This document shows positions 34,760-49,426 of a stretch of 64,000 nt of DNA, one piece after another. Source of the stretch: Rhizodiscina lignyota (Eukaryota); assembly GCA_010015805.1 (NCBI GenBank), contig ML978133.1, positions 496,001-560,000 of the forward strand. The letters are read 5' to 3'. The notes under the pieces are model-generated. The model made no database searches. It was not told the DNA's origin and worked only from the letters and a program-made list of their open reading frames with translations. The position numbers and the translations under genes are program-made. How positions within the stretch are numbered: the stretch's first letter is position 1; each line of letters starts with the position of its first letter.

Positions 34760-37700
34760 TCAGCGAGATCTGTCGCGAGCTGGTCTCCGCATCGTGAAGC
34801 TCCTGCGAATACTCTCACCCCACGCAGAATTATCCAGCACCTCCATGACGTCCTGTGCACTAACGCTGCTATTTGCTCGACTGCGTCCAGGTCCGTCTCC
34901 AGGCCCGCCGTGCAACGGACTGACTGGCCGGCTTCCCGCAGCGCTTAGCCACTCTCCACCAGTACTGACATCGGAGCGCGATGCATGGTGCAAAATAGGT
35001 CGTGGTGGATGTTCTCTTGTCGGCGACTGGTTTGGCGTGACCTGGATGGAGTTTGCGCGGCTGCGACTGGATGCATCGGAAGCTGCGGGGGTTATAGCGC
35101 CATCGAAGCCCGTTCTTTCGCTCTCGTCGGAGTCGTAGCGACCAGGAGAGTGCAGTGGCGGCGAGAGGAATGGATTGCTCATGTAATTAGACGGACCTGC
35201 GCTGGGTGGCTCATCGTCGACGTAGATCTCGGGTACCGTAAACTGCGGGACGTCGGTCATTCGGCCTGCATTCTTCTTTTCCTTGCTCTGCCTGAAGCGT
35301 CGAGACCAGTAGACTGTATCGAAGAAACCTCTCACAATATTTCGTCGCACGGCCTCATCGACTCGTTGTAGTCGTGCTCGGCGCCGTAGGAATTCTTTGA
35401 GGCGCAAACTCTTGTTGTCGTTGATGACCTTGTAGTGCGCAAGGATCATCAACACCGCTGTAAAATTAATTCCCCTCTCCGGGTCGCTGGACACAAGGAC
35501 CTCTTCGTAGAATTTATTCATTCGAGCCCTGCGCTTTCGAATTTCTGCCACCGGAAGCTCTCGAAGCCGGGCATTGAGCTTCTTCAAGTCAATCTCTCTT
35601 GAAGTTATCTGACCTTCGACTGGAATGGCAGAAACCCGGTCTGGCTTGCTACAGTCTTCGATGAGTCGAGCAACTGTCCAGTCCCCGTCGTAGACACGCA
35701 TCTCCCAGACGCCCGACAGCTCCTGTAGAAAGTTAGCAACTCGACACAATAGTACTCTCTTTGTATTACTCACCCCAAGTAGTCTTGGGAACGCTTCCTT
35801 GGGGATGAAGCCAGTGCCCTCAGGATCGAATTCTGCCCACGCCTGCTTGAATCGCCTCGTCTCTTCCCGACTGATGACAGATAGGCCACTGCTCCTCTGG
35901 TACACGTAACTGAAGCTCTCGTATATGAGAGAGACAAACAAGTTGACGAAGATGTACATGCTGAGGATATTCCACGTGATGAACAAGGCTCTGGCCCAAT
36001 CTGTGCTACCGCAGTCACTGTTCAGGAAAACGTCGTCATCGTCATGACAGAACGGTGGCTCGATGATTGCGAAATCCTCCATAAGCTGGTTCCACCCTTC
36101 TCCAACGCTGATGCGGAACAGGAGAATGAGAGCTTTCGGTACGCTGCGGAAATTGACGTTGTCGGACTGGTCTGGGCCGAATCTCGTGAGGCCAAACGTT
36201 TGCGTCAGAGCAATCGCGTAAACCAAGAACAGGACGAACCATGTTGCTAGGAGATTCGCAATCCATGGGAGACTAGCTGCGGCGGTCTTGAACAGCTGGT
36301 CGAGCTGGTTATTGCGCGGAATGAGCATGAGCGCAACGAGGACGAGGAAAACGTTGTGGATTTGCACATAAATCGCGTTGTCGAAGTTGGTGAAGAGCAG
36401 GATGCTGCTGATGAACGTGCCGCCGACAGCGAAGATGGAGTAAAAGTCCCAAGAGCTCTTTCGAAACCTCGTCCAGCTGAGACCGATAATACGAATAAAG
36501 ATGTTGGCAATGTATAACAGCGTCAAGACGAAGAAAATGGAGACTAGAGCAATTAGTATGTCAAGGTGAGAAGCGGACAGAGAGGGCGCCTTACCACGCA
36601 GCCGATCCCACCACACCGGAGATGGATAAGTATCAGCGCACAGCAGAATAAGGTGGAAGATCAATGCCATTGTCATGAATCTCTGCCACCGACCTGTTTT
36701 TCGAACAGCTCGACGGTAACACCATTCCTTCCATGTCTCTCGCTTCTTCGTCGGAATCGGTCGCTTGGACGGAGATATTTGACGTAAAAGCTTGCGCAAT
36801 TCCAACCATGACCTTTGATCCGCAGTAAGGAACGCGACGCCAGTTTGTTCTGTGTAGTTACGCATAAAGACGGAAACAAACAGGGTCAGCACGAAGACTG
36901 CACCGAGCAAGTTGAAGACGATGAAAAAGACCGCATTGAACTGGTCCGCAAACAAGTTTGGTTGTGTGAAGACCCCAGTAATGGATTGTGCGGCATTCAT
37001 GACGTCGATCCATCCTTCCTGAGATACGATCTGGAAGAGGATGAATAAAGAGCCTCCGAAATCGTCAAAGTCGTAATATGGATTAGAAGCCACGCGGGGT
37101 GAGAGCACATTCCAATTGAATGGCTGATTCATGTATTCCCCAGTGCAATCGTTAAGGTCGAAGATCCCGCTATTTCCGTCGTTGCACTGCTGTAGACGGC
37201 CGTGAAAAATATTCAGCCCGTAGATGGCGAAGGGTATCAGCAAGCTAAGGGAGACAAAGGCTGCTGATAGCACCTTGATGCCGCCTTGGACGATAACAGA
37301 ATGGAAGGTATTGCGCGCACTGTCGCTGACATTGAGCAATCGCAACGCTCTGAGGGCCTTGAATGCGCCAACAGCCCTGGAAACTTGGCCTTCGTTGAAG
37401 AGAGCTGTTCCGACATTGATCCAGAGAGTGATAAGCACAATGCCATCAATAAAGCCCCACACGCCTCGGAAATAGGCGTTTGGCGTCCAGAAAAACCCAT
37501 CTGCGATAACCTTGATGATCGCCTCTATGGTGAAGAGTATCGCGAAGCCGAGGTCAGTAAAGACGAACCAATTCTTGGGGGTGAAATCGCGCCCTGGTGC
37601 CGAAAAGTACTGCTTTTGATACACGGGCGTCGTGATGCATGCAAGAAGGACCATAGCGACAATGGCACAGTAGATAAAGAATGAGAAGCCGTACCACACT

Positions 37701-40700
37701 GGCACAGATGGGGCAACGCCTTCTATACGATCCCCGCCTCTTCCGGGACCCACGATCCTCTGGCACAGCTTGCGAATCGGATTGTGCGGCTTGAAAATGA
37801 AGAGGGAGACATTGTACGACGGATGCTTCCGCAAGTACTCTCGCTGGGCTTTCTTTCGTCGGTCGCGTGCTGAGACAACTTCCCGGGCCATCTGAGTAGG
37901 CTCAAGTTCCTCGTACGCTTTCGAAAATTCAAGACTAGAGTAAAATGGGTTCGGCTCCTTGTCTTTGAAGAAATTCACGAAGCGTCCCCACAATGTAGAA
38001 AGAAGGCCAGCCTGGACAACCTTCGTCGGAGCAGATCTGAGTATCGGCTGCTCGTCCTCTGGGGGAGGTGAGGCGACCATTTCTATTGGTTCCTCTTGCT
38101 GGTCTAGGAAGTCTTTGACAATAGCGTCTTTGAGGAGCAGCTCAGTTGTTGCGTTGCTGAAAGCTAATGGGTCCCTTCTTCGGCCGGTCGCGAGGCTGAA
38201 CTTGAAGATTGTCGACAGAGAGAGGTTTCCGTGAGAGGTTCCACCGAGATCTTTATCTTGGAGGAACGCCTTTACTTGCTGCAGCCGCTTCTCATCTTCG
38301 GAAACATCGAAACTTTCCTGGATGACAGCAATGAACATGTTCAGGACAATGACTGCTCCCGCGTTAGTAAAGGTGGACCATGATAGCAACAGACCTTATC
38401 GAAGGAGAACTTACAGTTTGCGAGGATGAACCATAAAATGAAGAACGTTGCACCGATCCACGCAGTCTTGAAGTGAACCTCTGCTGCAGTGACACTGTAC
38501 ATGATTGTTGTCCAGTTCTCACTGGAGAATATTTGGTACATCCCAATGAACGAGTTCCAGATGGTGAAGAACGTGACGGTGAGTTGGTTGCCCTGAGAAT
38601 CGACAGTCGGGAGCTCTCCTCGGAACAGTTGCGACGCAAAGATTGCACCAATCCAGTTCAAGAGGAACACAAAGTATATCAAGTTTATGATACCTGACAT
38701 GTTCCCCAGGACGATAAGCTGTACAAATGGTCAGATACGAAGAGCAAAGCCAGAAGTCGGAGTACTCACAACCAAGTCACGCGTCAGTGGAACTGCCAGG
38801 ACAACGCGGTAGATTCTGGCAATTTGAAAGATCGTCAACCACGCGTACGGTTGGCCAGAATTGTGAATGTTAGGTATTTGGATGACCATCGTTACGATGG
38901 CGAGTATCGCGTCCGCGATGTTGCGTCTACTTCGGAAGAAGTTTCTTGGGCCGCCCTCGACTACGAAGCGAATGACAATTTCGACGAATAGGATAATCGT
39001 CACAACCGTTTCGACCGTATTGATGAGCTGTTCGCGCTGGTGGGTCATGCTGGCGCTCCGAAGAGCGGCTATGACAAGATCGAACACGATGATTACAATC
39101 CAGACCCAGGAGAATTTCTGGTAGAGCTTTTTGAGCTTATTCTTCCGGCGTGTAGTCACAGTGTCATTGTGAGGATCCTCATCGAGCATGGGGTCACGCT
39201 CTTCACCTGTAAACGCACTTGCTTTGCTCTCCTCCCGGATAACCTGGAAGGAGGATGTGATGACGGCGATCAGAAGGTTAACCAGCCAGAAGAACATGAT
39301 AACGATCCCAGCAGCAAAGAATAATGCCGCTGCCAGATAGTCACTATCAGTGAGATAGTAGAGCAGATCGGAGAACGTGTTCGAGCTCATCACAACGAAG
39401 ACAAGTTGTAGGGACTGGAGGATGTTGTCGAAACTAACAGTTCCGTTATACGGATTGTCTCCTTGGATGCAACGTGAATTCAGTGGGCACGTATAACCTT
39501 TGTGCCTAGTCGCTCCATGCTTGCCATCAGGCAATAACCAGGGCATCACAGTCCCATTGGGTGCAATCCATCCGCCGCAAAATTGGAAAGGCACCGGATA
39601 GTCGGGTTGCTTTTCATCAGGGTCAATCCAGACACAAGTTCTTCGGAGGCTAGATTTGAATGCTTGCATGCCCACAATAGCAAACAAGAGCCAGAAGAAG
39701 CCGATTAAGAGAGCGACATTGACCAGCATTGGCGCAGCTTTCTTCAAACTCCTCAGAATTACGCCTGTACCGGTGGTCAAAGCGAGGAGTCGAATAATGC
39801 GCAAGCAAGCGAGCATGCGGAATACGTAGGCATGTGTGCTGTGTTCTAAGCCTGAGATCTGAAGGATGAAACTGATCCAATAGGAAACTATGGCCAAAAA
39901 GTCAATCCGATTGAATGAGTGCCGCAAGTACGCGCGATAGGCTAAACGTGCTCGCTGACGGTCTCGAGAACTACCGGAGAAATCCAAGATTGGAGCCTGA
40001 GGTGGTGCGGAGGTGAACGAATCAAAGTGTGACGGTTGCTCGGGGTCAAAGGATGAGTTGGTGCCTCTCGGTGGTTCATGTTCGAGCGAGAAAAGAGTAT
40101 TGAGCTTCAGAGCAATGGCTTTCCTAAAGCCAATGCTTCGATTGATGGTGCTATACTCGCGAGGATTTATGATGAGCCCAGAAACTATGATTCGTATGAC
40201 CATCTCCACAGTGTAGACAATGAACAAGCCAAGCAGGGCGAAATCAATCCATGAATGGCCCCAGAGCCTCGAGTTTGGGTTGTTAAAGACGTCGGTAGCC
40301 GCGTCAATGGTGAGCAGGATGGCCTGCAGAAATATCAGGAAGAGGATGAAAAGCTCAGTCAAGGGGTGCAGAAGTATGTTGCAGCAGAATTGTCGGACCC
40401 TGCTATCTGGGGCAAAAATGCCGAGCGATTTGCCTTTCATCGGGTTTGTGACAATTTTGGGTTCTTCAACAACTCTTTCTTCATCCACTGTCGGCGGTTG
40501 CTTCTCTCCTGGTTCTTCCTGATAGGGAGTGCCATCCACAGAATACTCTTGGACTGAGGGTAGTCGATGAAGCTCCGGCCGTTGCTTGACAGAAGACTTT
40601 CTGCGGATCCCACGCTCAACAACCGCATCCGCGGGCTCGTTGCTGACGTTGACGATACGCTGCGACATCTGCCGAACAATTGTACCAGCCCGGTGAAGTG

Positions 40701-41418
40701 TGTTCCCCGCAGCCATTGGCGATAACGTTCGTTTCAGCGATGCCGAGCGTCGAATATCATCGCTCGAGGGACGCAAACCAGCTTCTGCCATTCCGAGGTC
40801 GTCTCCAAGCATCCCACCACTGTGCGAAGTTCGCTCCATCGGTGCGAACTTGACGCTGTGTCCGCTTAATCTATCATGCCGTTGTCCCCCCGGCGCTGAT
40901 AAGCTTGGTCCAGCCGTATGCTTGATTGATCGATGCGGAGTCGTCAGCGGTATTGTGTCGGTCTCACCAGGAGGAGAGAACTCCTGCCTGTCGTCCTGGT
41001 CGTTCGTTGATTCTGAGTCCGCTCTATCGAGGGTAACAAATGAGGGAAAGCTGGGATTACGATCGGGGGAAGGTCGACTCGTCTCGCCCTGAAAACTCAA
41101 GCCCGCGAATCCCATGGCCTCTTGAAAGCCCGCAACATCTTCCAAAGGCGAGGCATCGCCCACATTGTATTGTGGAGGGGTCTGCAGGGAGCTATTCGGA
41201 GTGACTACGCGCAGACTTGGCCGTACAGGACTGGGATCTCGCTCTGCAATCGCCTCATATGGCCTTGCCCAGCCCTCGCGATTTCTGATGAGATCTCTCC
41301 CTCTTTCGCTCAGTGTTCTTCGGCGTGGTAAGGATCCCGGCGGTCGAGTGAGGTCTTGCAGAGGTATTGATTGCGGCGTAGAGTGACCACGCCGGTGATT
41401 TGGCTCGGTCGGCTCCAT
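34760..41418 (-). CDS. CCH1: High-affinity four-domain calcium channel
   Basis: Four 6-TM repeats with S4 Arg ladders; pore loops SSNTF, SSENW, SQEGW and VGEGW (N-E-E-E); short introns near 38721-38770, 38365-38415, 36547-36594 and 35723-35773. Confidence 0.97.
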
Positions 41419-42453
41419 AATCGCATTTACTTTATGAAAGATCGGAGAGATGCGAGCGGGATTTCATTTGCATCTGCCCAGAGATGTAGTCGTGGGTCGA
41501 GGGGGTGCTATGATGTCTCATGTTCCAGCTTCAGCTCCGGCATCAAGGAAGGTGCGGCGGTTGGCAGGCGCAAGACAGCACAGCTTCTGCGGAGACAACG
41601 AGTGACTGAAAGAGTGGAGTGTGGTCGCGTAGGCGAGAAAGGGTGGCAGGCAGAGGCACACGCAGGTAGCAGTTATCGAAGTTGAAGATTATCTTCGCTG
41701 TTGCTGGCATCCTGTCATTTCTTCGCTCGGCAGAAGTCCGCACGCGTCTCAGCGTCTCATGTGGAACCTGCCGCCACGCAACATATCAGCTTCGCCCCCA
41801 AATATAGCGACGCATTGGGCGATCACTGATTCAGGCTTTGCACGAATTCGCAGGAAGCCGCATGATTGCTCCCTGGTTGCATATGCCTAATCAACGCTTC
41901 TTTCCTATTTCAACGACCTCTCCTGCCAGTCCGGCTTCTGAACTCACACTTTCTGTGCCCTGGCTCTCGCTCTGCTATTGCATTGGCCGAGCGTAGGCCT
42001 GAGAAAGATGTCGGTATATACGAGAGATCATTTTGTACCGTAGATGCAAGAGTTAAAGTCACAAATATAAATCCTACCACATTCTGAAATGTGAGCATCC
42101 AGTCAGTGGCTCTTCTGTCTGCGGCGCTGGAAGACACGCCAGAACCCGCGGTCTGGCCCAAAGCGGAATGGTCGCCAAGCCTTCCCAGCAAGGATAAGCG
42201 GAGTCTCCCGCGCGTGTCCAAACGCCGCACCAAAAGACGCGGTACCTGACCTCACGCTTCCTCAATAATTTCCATTCAACCACAAACACCACATCTTCGA
42301 CCTTCTTAGCCTCTGACCTCAACCACGCTGCACTCGTCTGCAGCACCCATACTGAACTGCTCGGACATCGCTCGTGCGCACCATCAGTCGTCCTCATCTA
42401 CCTACCGGCGCGTTCGACTGCGGAGGCCTGCAGGGCCCGTGGCGGGAGTCAAG

Positions 42454-45177
42454 ATGGTCGCGAGGAAGCGAGCACGTTTGGAGATGGAGGAGGACGGCGC
42501 TGAAGACGTCAAGGCAGCAGAGCCCACGCTTCTGCAGAAGATACGGAACATGTGGGAGTTTGCCAGCCTGATGCAATATTTCTTCATGTTTGGCAAAGCC
42601 GTCAAGATAGACGACATGGAAGTCGAGGTACATTCCATGCCATCCTTTGACTTTGCAGTGAAGCGTACTTGCTGACATGAGTCAAGGACTTTGAGGAAGA
42701 GCTGCTGAAGCCTGACCACTCCCCGAAACTTTCGGAACTTGCTCTCACCTTGTTGAAAGTCTTCGCGTCGCATCGCCCACTCAAGTACGTCAAGCCCTCT
42801 CACTATTTGCGCTGTGTCTAACACGTGTACAGTCTGGAGACCTTTGATGAAGTGACTCGGAGGCAATATAATGCGAAAGCTCCAACTCGTTCTAATCCTT
42901 TTGGTAACGACGAGGAGCCTCGCAAGTTCACCAGCTTCGATGTATTTACAAAGATCCGCGTCCTGCAGCAGTTGTCCATATGGACTTTCCAGAACCCGGA
43001 CCGAATAAGGGAGAGGATGCCTGAGAAGGATACGGAGCAGACTAGCTGGGTACGTAAGCTCAGAACGAGGTAAAATGCCTGTGACTAACTGTCCATAGCG
43101 AATGGAGCCATTTGGCTGGGATGGCGAAGATCGAACATACTTCCTTCTCGATGACGACCGCTTGTACCGCCGCACTGATGCGCCTCTGCCACCAGAGCCT
43201 TCAAAGTCTAAGAGCAAGAAGTCGAGAGGCGGAAGAAGCAGCAAGCGGCGCCGAGTATCTAGAGCTGTCATCGAGAGCAGCGAAGACGAAGAGGAGAAGC
43301 CAGCTGGGAACGGAGAGGGGAAATCTGAACAGCCAGCAGAAGAGCAGGATGGTTTCGGCGGAATGAAGTGGGAGTTGATCGCTGTCACCTTGGAGGACTA
43401 CAATGAGTTCTTGGACACCATTCATCGTCCAAAGGATGATGACGAAAAGAACTTGCGGAAGAGGTTGACCCAAGACGTACTTCCAATTATTGAGAAGAGG
43501 GCCGAACAGCAGCGAGCAAAGGAGACGAGGAGAATGAAAGAATTAGAGAATCTGCAGAAGCTCGCCAGCGCGAAACGATCAAGTCGGCTTGCAGGCAAGG
43601 CGGAGAAGCGTAAAGAGATAGAGGAGGCTGAGGCAGTTGAGCGCAAGAGGCAAGAGGAGCTGGCGATGGCTCACAAAGAGCAGGATAAGCAACGAAAACT
43701 CGAGGAGGTAAGAGTAATGAATCTTTAATTTCATGGACGACTACTAATCCCTCGAAGGCTCGCGAGTCCAGGATGATGACGCGTGAACAACGATTGAAAG
43801 ACCGTGAGGTGCGGCGCATTCTACACGAGGAAGAGCTAAAGAGGCTCGAGGAAGAAAAGGAAAAGGTGGAGTCCAACGAGAGTCGCATTTCCGAGAGGCA
43901 CTTAAAGGCAGAGATGGAGCGTCGCCAAAAAGAGCTTGAGAAGCTCGCCGAGGAAGAGGATTGGACCTTTGACTGTTCTGTGTGCGGCATGCATGGCCAA
44001 AATCTCGTAAGCCGCACAATCTCTCGGACTTGGTTGAACATGGCAATGCTAACTGTATTAGGATGACGGGTCGCATAGCATTGCATGTGACCGCTGTAAT
44101 GTGTGGCAGCACTCTGCATGTCATGGCATCAAACAGCATGAGGCTGAGCGCGATGACTTCCAATTTGTCTGCGCAACATGCAAGCGCGCCGAGGAGAAAG
44201 CCAAGGACCCAAAGATCCCTCCACTGAAGTTCCGATTCTCGGATTCACCAAAGGCCGCCGAAAAGAAGTTGCAGCCGCCAGCGTCGACGAAGCAAACGTC
44301 GCGGCCTCCATCCTCAGCGTCTCCCAAGGGAGTCCACAAATTGGATAGCATGTATGTCCCCTATCAACCTTCGACAAATGGCATTCCGCCGATACAGAAT
44401 GGATATGGCCCCCGGACTACCCAACAGCATGGCTCTCCGCAACAGCCCCGTCCGGGCAGCTCTGGCACTCCGTTCCATCAACCTGCGTCCAACAGCTCGC
44501 TTCACCCTCACTCTTCACCTCCTCGCGAGCAGTATCCTGGTGGAGCTCTGCAATGGCAGCCGCCGCAGACGGCATCCGTCTCTCACTGGTCGCATCAGAT
44601 GAACGGTTACTCAAACGGAATGTCACCACTGCCTCCGATTGCCAACTACAATCGCCCTACTGCAAGTTCTCCTCCGATGGCGAACTTCCAACACTATCGG
44701 CCGCCCTCGCAGCACTCTAACCAAGGCACTCCTGCTAACGCCAGACCTCTCTCTGCTTCTTCTCCAGCTCAGCAAAACGGCCATCTCCCAACAACCTTAC
44801 CTCCTCCGACGGTCAGACCGGCGGTGACCCCTTCGAGCGCGGCAACCACGATGCCAGGTCTCCCTTTCTCACTTCACACACCATCTTCCGGTCGCTCCTT
44901 GCCAGCTTACAACCCGTTGAATCCTTTCGGCCCCCCTCGCCAGACGGCCGGCTATCCCTCACAGACATTATCAGGCCTCTCTCCTGCCAAGCAGGACTCC
45001 CCCCGTCCTGCCTCCGCCCACAGCAGTCTGTCAGCTACGCCTGTTATGCCGCCAGTCACTACTCTGTCGCCAAGTTACGGCAACGTTCAGAATATGAGCC
45101 CTCCAACGAAGAAGGCTTCTCCTGATCATCCGATGGAAGATGCTCCACCTCATGACGGGTCAACAGCTTCCGCATGA
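42454..45177 (+). CDS. PHD-finger chromatin protein with WHIM/WSD-like motifs and a Pro-rich tail
   Basis: EPFGWD..YFLLDDDRLY; PHD FDCSVC..ACDRCNVWQHSAC..FVCATC; five introns. Confidence 0.88.
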
Positions 45178-45712
45178 ATTTCTGCTAGTCTCTTGGGTTT
45201 GTTTCCAGTAGGTTAGATGACGCATCTCAGATGCGTTTTGGATCATTACGGGATGTTTTGCATAGTTGCATTGGGTTGGTTCATGATTTGCATGAGGCCG
45301 TTGGTGGATGCTGCTAGGCATCTACAGCCGATGCGGCGGTTCTCGACTTTATCACACTCAATGTACTTCTTGAGCATGCATAGTGAATATGAATAAAATG
45401 GATCTGCTCTACGGAGTAGCATGGCATGGTACATGATCGTCCTAATTCCTGATTATAGGCTCGTGTAAACTAAATCCATCGACTCTTGCGAAGACGTAAG
45501 GAAGATGAAGCCATGAGAGAGTACTAGAAAGATGTTGCATTGAGCTCGCACCTATCTGACAACACACAACCATCTGCCGAGCGTGAGAACCCCTGCAGCT
45601 CGGCAATCGCCGTGCGGGACCACCTTCGTGGGGCAAAGATTGCTTCGAGTTCTTCAACGAGCTTAACATCTAGAAATTTCAAACGACCCTCATCCTCGAC
45701 ATCATCACCATC

Positions 45713-47280
45713 ATGTCTGCTCCCGCACATAAGTTCAAGGTTTCCGATATCAGCCTCGCGGCTTTTGGCCGTCGAGAAATCGAATTGGCCGAGAATGAGA
45801 TGCCTGGGCTGATGGCAACTCGGGCAAAATATGCGCCTGAGCAGCCTCTTGCCGGTGCTCGAATTGCTGGCTGTCTGCACATGAGTATGTATGATTCTTT
45901 ACCAGTGATACATGGTAGATGTGCTGATGTTGTTTTAGCTATCCAGACCGCCGTTCTCATCGAGACTCTCAAGGCCCTTGGCGCTGAAGTAACATGGAGC
46001 AGCTGCAACATCTTCTCCACTCAAGACCACGCCGCTGCCGCAATTGCCGCTGGAGGAACACCAGTGTATGTCACTTAGTGTAATCCTTATGCTTTTGTCT
46101 AACGAGTCTCAGGTTCGCGTGGAAAGGGGAGACGGAAGAAGAATACAATTGGTGCCTCGAACAACAGCTCACGGCCTTCAAGGACGGCAAGCACCTCAAC
46201 CTGATCCTCGACGACGGCGGCGACCTCACGGCTCTCGTGCACAACAAATACCCTGAGATGCTGAAGGACTGCTACGGCATCTCGGAGGAGACTACAACGG
46301 GTGTCCACCATCTGTACCGCATGCTCAAGAACAAGGACCACGGTCTTCTCTGCCCCGCCATCAACGTCAATGACTCTGTCACCAAGTCGAAGTTTGACAA
46401 CCTCTACGGCTGCCGAGAGTCTCTCATCGACGGTATCAAGAGGGCAACGGACGTCATGCTTGCTGGCAAGATTGCCGTCGTGGCTGGTTATGGTGATGTT
46501 GGCAAGGGTTGCACGCAGGCGCTTCATGCTGCAGGCGCGCGTGTGCTCGTCACGGAAGTTGATCCTATCAATGCGCTGCAGGCTGCTGTATCTGGCTACG
46601 AGGTCGTCACTATGGAAGAGGCTGCTCCTCTGGGCCAGATCTTCGTCACAACTACTGGATGCAGAGATATCATCGTTGGCAAGCACTTCGAGGTTATGAG
46701 AAACGATGCCATCGTGTGCAGTAAGCATCCCTCATTTCATCATTCTTATTTGCTATTTTAACAACTCCAGATATCGGACATTTCGACATTGAAATCGATG
46801 TTGCCTGGCTTAAGGCAAACGCACAGAGCTCCCAGAACATCAAGCCCCAAGTCGACAGATTCTTAATGAAGAACGGCAACCATATCATTCTCCTCGCCGA
46901 AGGCCGTCTCGTCAACTTGGGCTGCGCCACCGGCCACTCCTCCTTCGTCATGTCGTGCTCATTCACAAATCAGGTCCTGGCTCAGATCCTCTTGTACAAG
47001 GCCGAGGACGACAAGTTCCGAAGCAAGTACGCCGAGTTCGGCAAGACTGGCAAGCTCGATGTTGGCGTATATGTGCTTCCGAAGATTCTCGACGAGCAGG
47101 TCGCGCTGCTTCATCTGGAGCACGTCAACGTGAAGCTGACGAAATTGACGGAGAAACAGGCCGAGTATCTGGGTCTCTCTGTAGAGGGTCCTTTCAAGTC
47201 GGACATGTATGTCTCTCTCATATACTTCCCCCCCGCCCACACACCTCGATGCTGACTATTTTCTCAGCTACCGTTATTAA
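45713..47280 (+). CDS. SAH1: S-adenosylhomocysteine hydrolase
   Basis: [47 protein letters not shown] and GCATGH motifs; four introns; ends ..YRY. Confidence 0.99.
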
Positions 47281-47691
47281 GTTGCCATTTCCTTTTGATA
47301 CGATTCAACATGATCGCATGAGAGCATGATACCAAAAGCATCTGTCTTCAACGGCATTGTGGCCAAGGGCCGGGATTGGCGTCTTTTAACATGGGAGGGT
47401 CAAAATAGACCAGAAGCTTCGCACGGCATTTAGAACTTTGGCGCCTCAACTTCGCCAAATAAAGTAAGCTGTGCCTTAGGTGGTATTTCGCCACGGGCTG
47501 TAAATGAAGCACTTTTGCAGATGAATATAATATTTCTCAATGCACTAAAGACATTTGACTCTAGGCATGTGTGAGATACGGTAATTTATCTCTAAATATT
47601 GGGGTATTGACCTTCTGTTTCGGTAGAAAGTTTGATACCCGAGTGAAAAAGGACATCCGGAGTGAAGGGCTGAACGATCCCACGGCCACGG

Positions 47692-47764
47692 TAGGCGACC
47701 ATAGTCACACAACCGCCATAACTCGAAATCTGAGTTATGGCGGTTGTGTGACTATGGTCGCCTA
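47692..47764. repeat. Perfect inverted repeat with 33-bp arms and a 7-nt loop
   Basis: taggcgaccatagtcacacaaccgccataactc-gaaatct-gagttatggcggttgtgtgactatggtcgccta. Confidence 0.98.
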
Positions 47765-48442
47765 TTCTTCGCACTCGCATTCCGAGGGTAGGTTGCAGCC
47801 TCATCGTATTCCCCTGTTTCTGTGTGATCCAAGCATGTTCTTTTGAGGTCCCGTCTCTCAATGGGTGGGGCGAACAGATGGGGCCAGTTTCCCGTTATGC
47901 TGATATGGAATCAACTATGTCCTTTGCTTTGGATTCACTGAAACAATTTCTATACTGCCAGTGGGCGAGTTGACTGCAAAATACTTGAAGGCTCCGGCGA
48001 AGCGTCCATGGTATGCCACTGGAAATCTTCCCTGCGTCCGCAACGTTCCAGCAATTCACACAGGATTGTCAAGTACAACACAATTATTTGAGGATGTTCC
48101 AGACCGCTCCTGTGTGGGGCATTGCAGATGGCGCTTTCGAAAAGGTGATATTACCCGCTTGGTAACACCGTCAACGGCCGCCGTGCACGCTCTCGAAGTA
48201 GTAGTCGCTCTCACCGTCCGTGCATATATATATAAGTATACTTGAGGTCGAGTCCTCGCACAGCTTTCATTTCCCTCCATTGGCCCATTCACAAGATAGA
48301 ACCTGTGTGGTGCTGTTCTGTCTTGAGATATCCCGCTGGTCCCCAGTCGTCAACCCCTGCTGGATCGTCGTTGCAAGATCTCATAGTTGGAATCTATTTG
48401 AATTCGTTCTATTAAAATTCAGCATCACAATCGTCTCATGCA

Positions 48443-49272
48443 ATGTCTCTCGCGGGCAAGTCTTGCATAGTCACCGGCGCTGCCGGTGGATTGGGGTTGG
48501 CTATCGCCAATGCCCTACATGGAGCTGGAGCGTCGGTGACCATCTGCGACATTTCAGAGACGCTCCTCTCGAAGGCTTCAGAAGCCCACCCGCAACTTCA
48601 CACCATTCAGGCTGATGTTACGCAAGACAGCGATATCCAAAAGGTATTCGACAACGCTGTGAATAAGTTTGGCAAGGTCGATGTACTCGTCAACAACGCT
48701 GGCATCATCGATAGGTTTGAGCCGGTTGGCGACCTAAAGAGGGAGATGTGGGATAAAGTCATTGCAATTAATGCGACGGCGCCCATAGTGGCGAGCGGAT
48801 ATGCCGTGAGACAGTTCCTCAGCAGAGAACGGGAAGAAGGCAAGAGTCGTGGAGTCATTGTAAATGTGGCTAGTGCTGCGATTGCGAAGGCCGTTTCCGC
48901 AGGTACTTGATTCAACGTCCTCTCCGATTATTTCGACCAAAAGCTCTCGCTGATGTGCTAAGCTTAGGTGTGGCGTACACTTCATCTAAGCATGCGCTTG
49001 TGGGTGCCACAAAGCACACAGCAGCGACGTATGCCAAGAAAGGAATCCGATGCAATGCAATCGTACCGGGCGGTATGATGACCAACATTGCCGCCGGAGT
49101 TTCGGGTATAAATGAAGAAGGGCAAGCGAATATGTACCTGGAGATGGCAATGCAGCCGGAGCTTTGCTCAGTCGACGAGGTTGCGCAATTGGTGGTGTTC
49201 TTGTGTGAGGACAAGGCGAAGATTGTGAATGGCGCTGTCATCAGTGCTGACAATGGATGGACTTGTTGGTAG
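48443..49272 (+). CDS. Classical short-chain dehydrogenase/reductase
   Basis: TGAAGGLG, NNAG, YTSSK and ADNGW motifs; one intron near 48903-48967. Confidence 0.95.
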
Positions 49273-49426
49273 TGAGCACTGCTCAGGCAGAGCAGTGAAT
49301 TTGATGCCGAAACATTCTATACCAGAGGAGCAGTGACGGGTATCTTAATATGTACAGAAATAGCATGTTGAAACAGTAATTCAGCACAATCATACCTATA
49401 CATCTCCCAGCTCGTGTGACCCCATC

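Noticed and set aside
45220..45236. Small inverted repeat acgcatct-c-agatgcgt
   Set aside because: 8-bp arms are within chance expectation for 64 kb.
47571..47861. Opposing ORFs sharing an identical peptide
   Set aside because: A direct consequence of the DNA palindrome.
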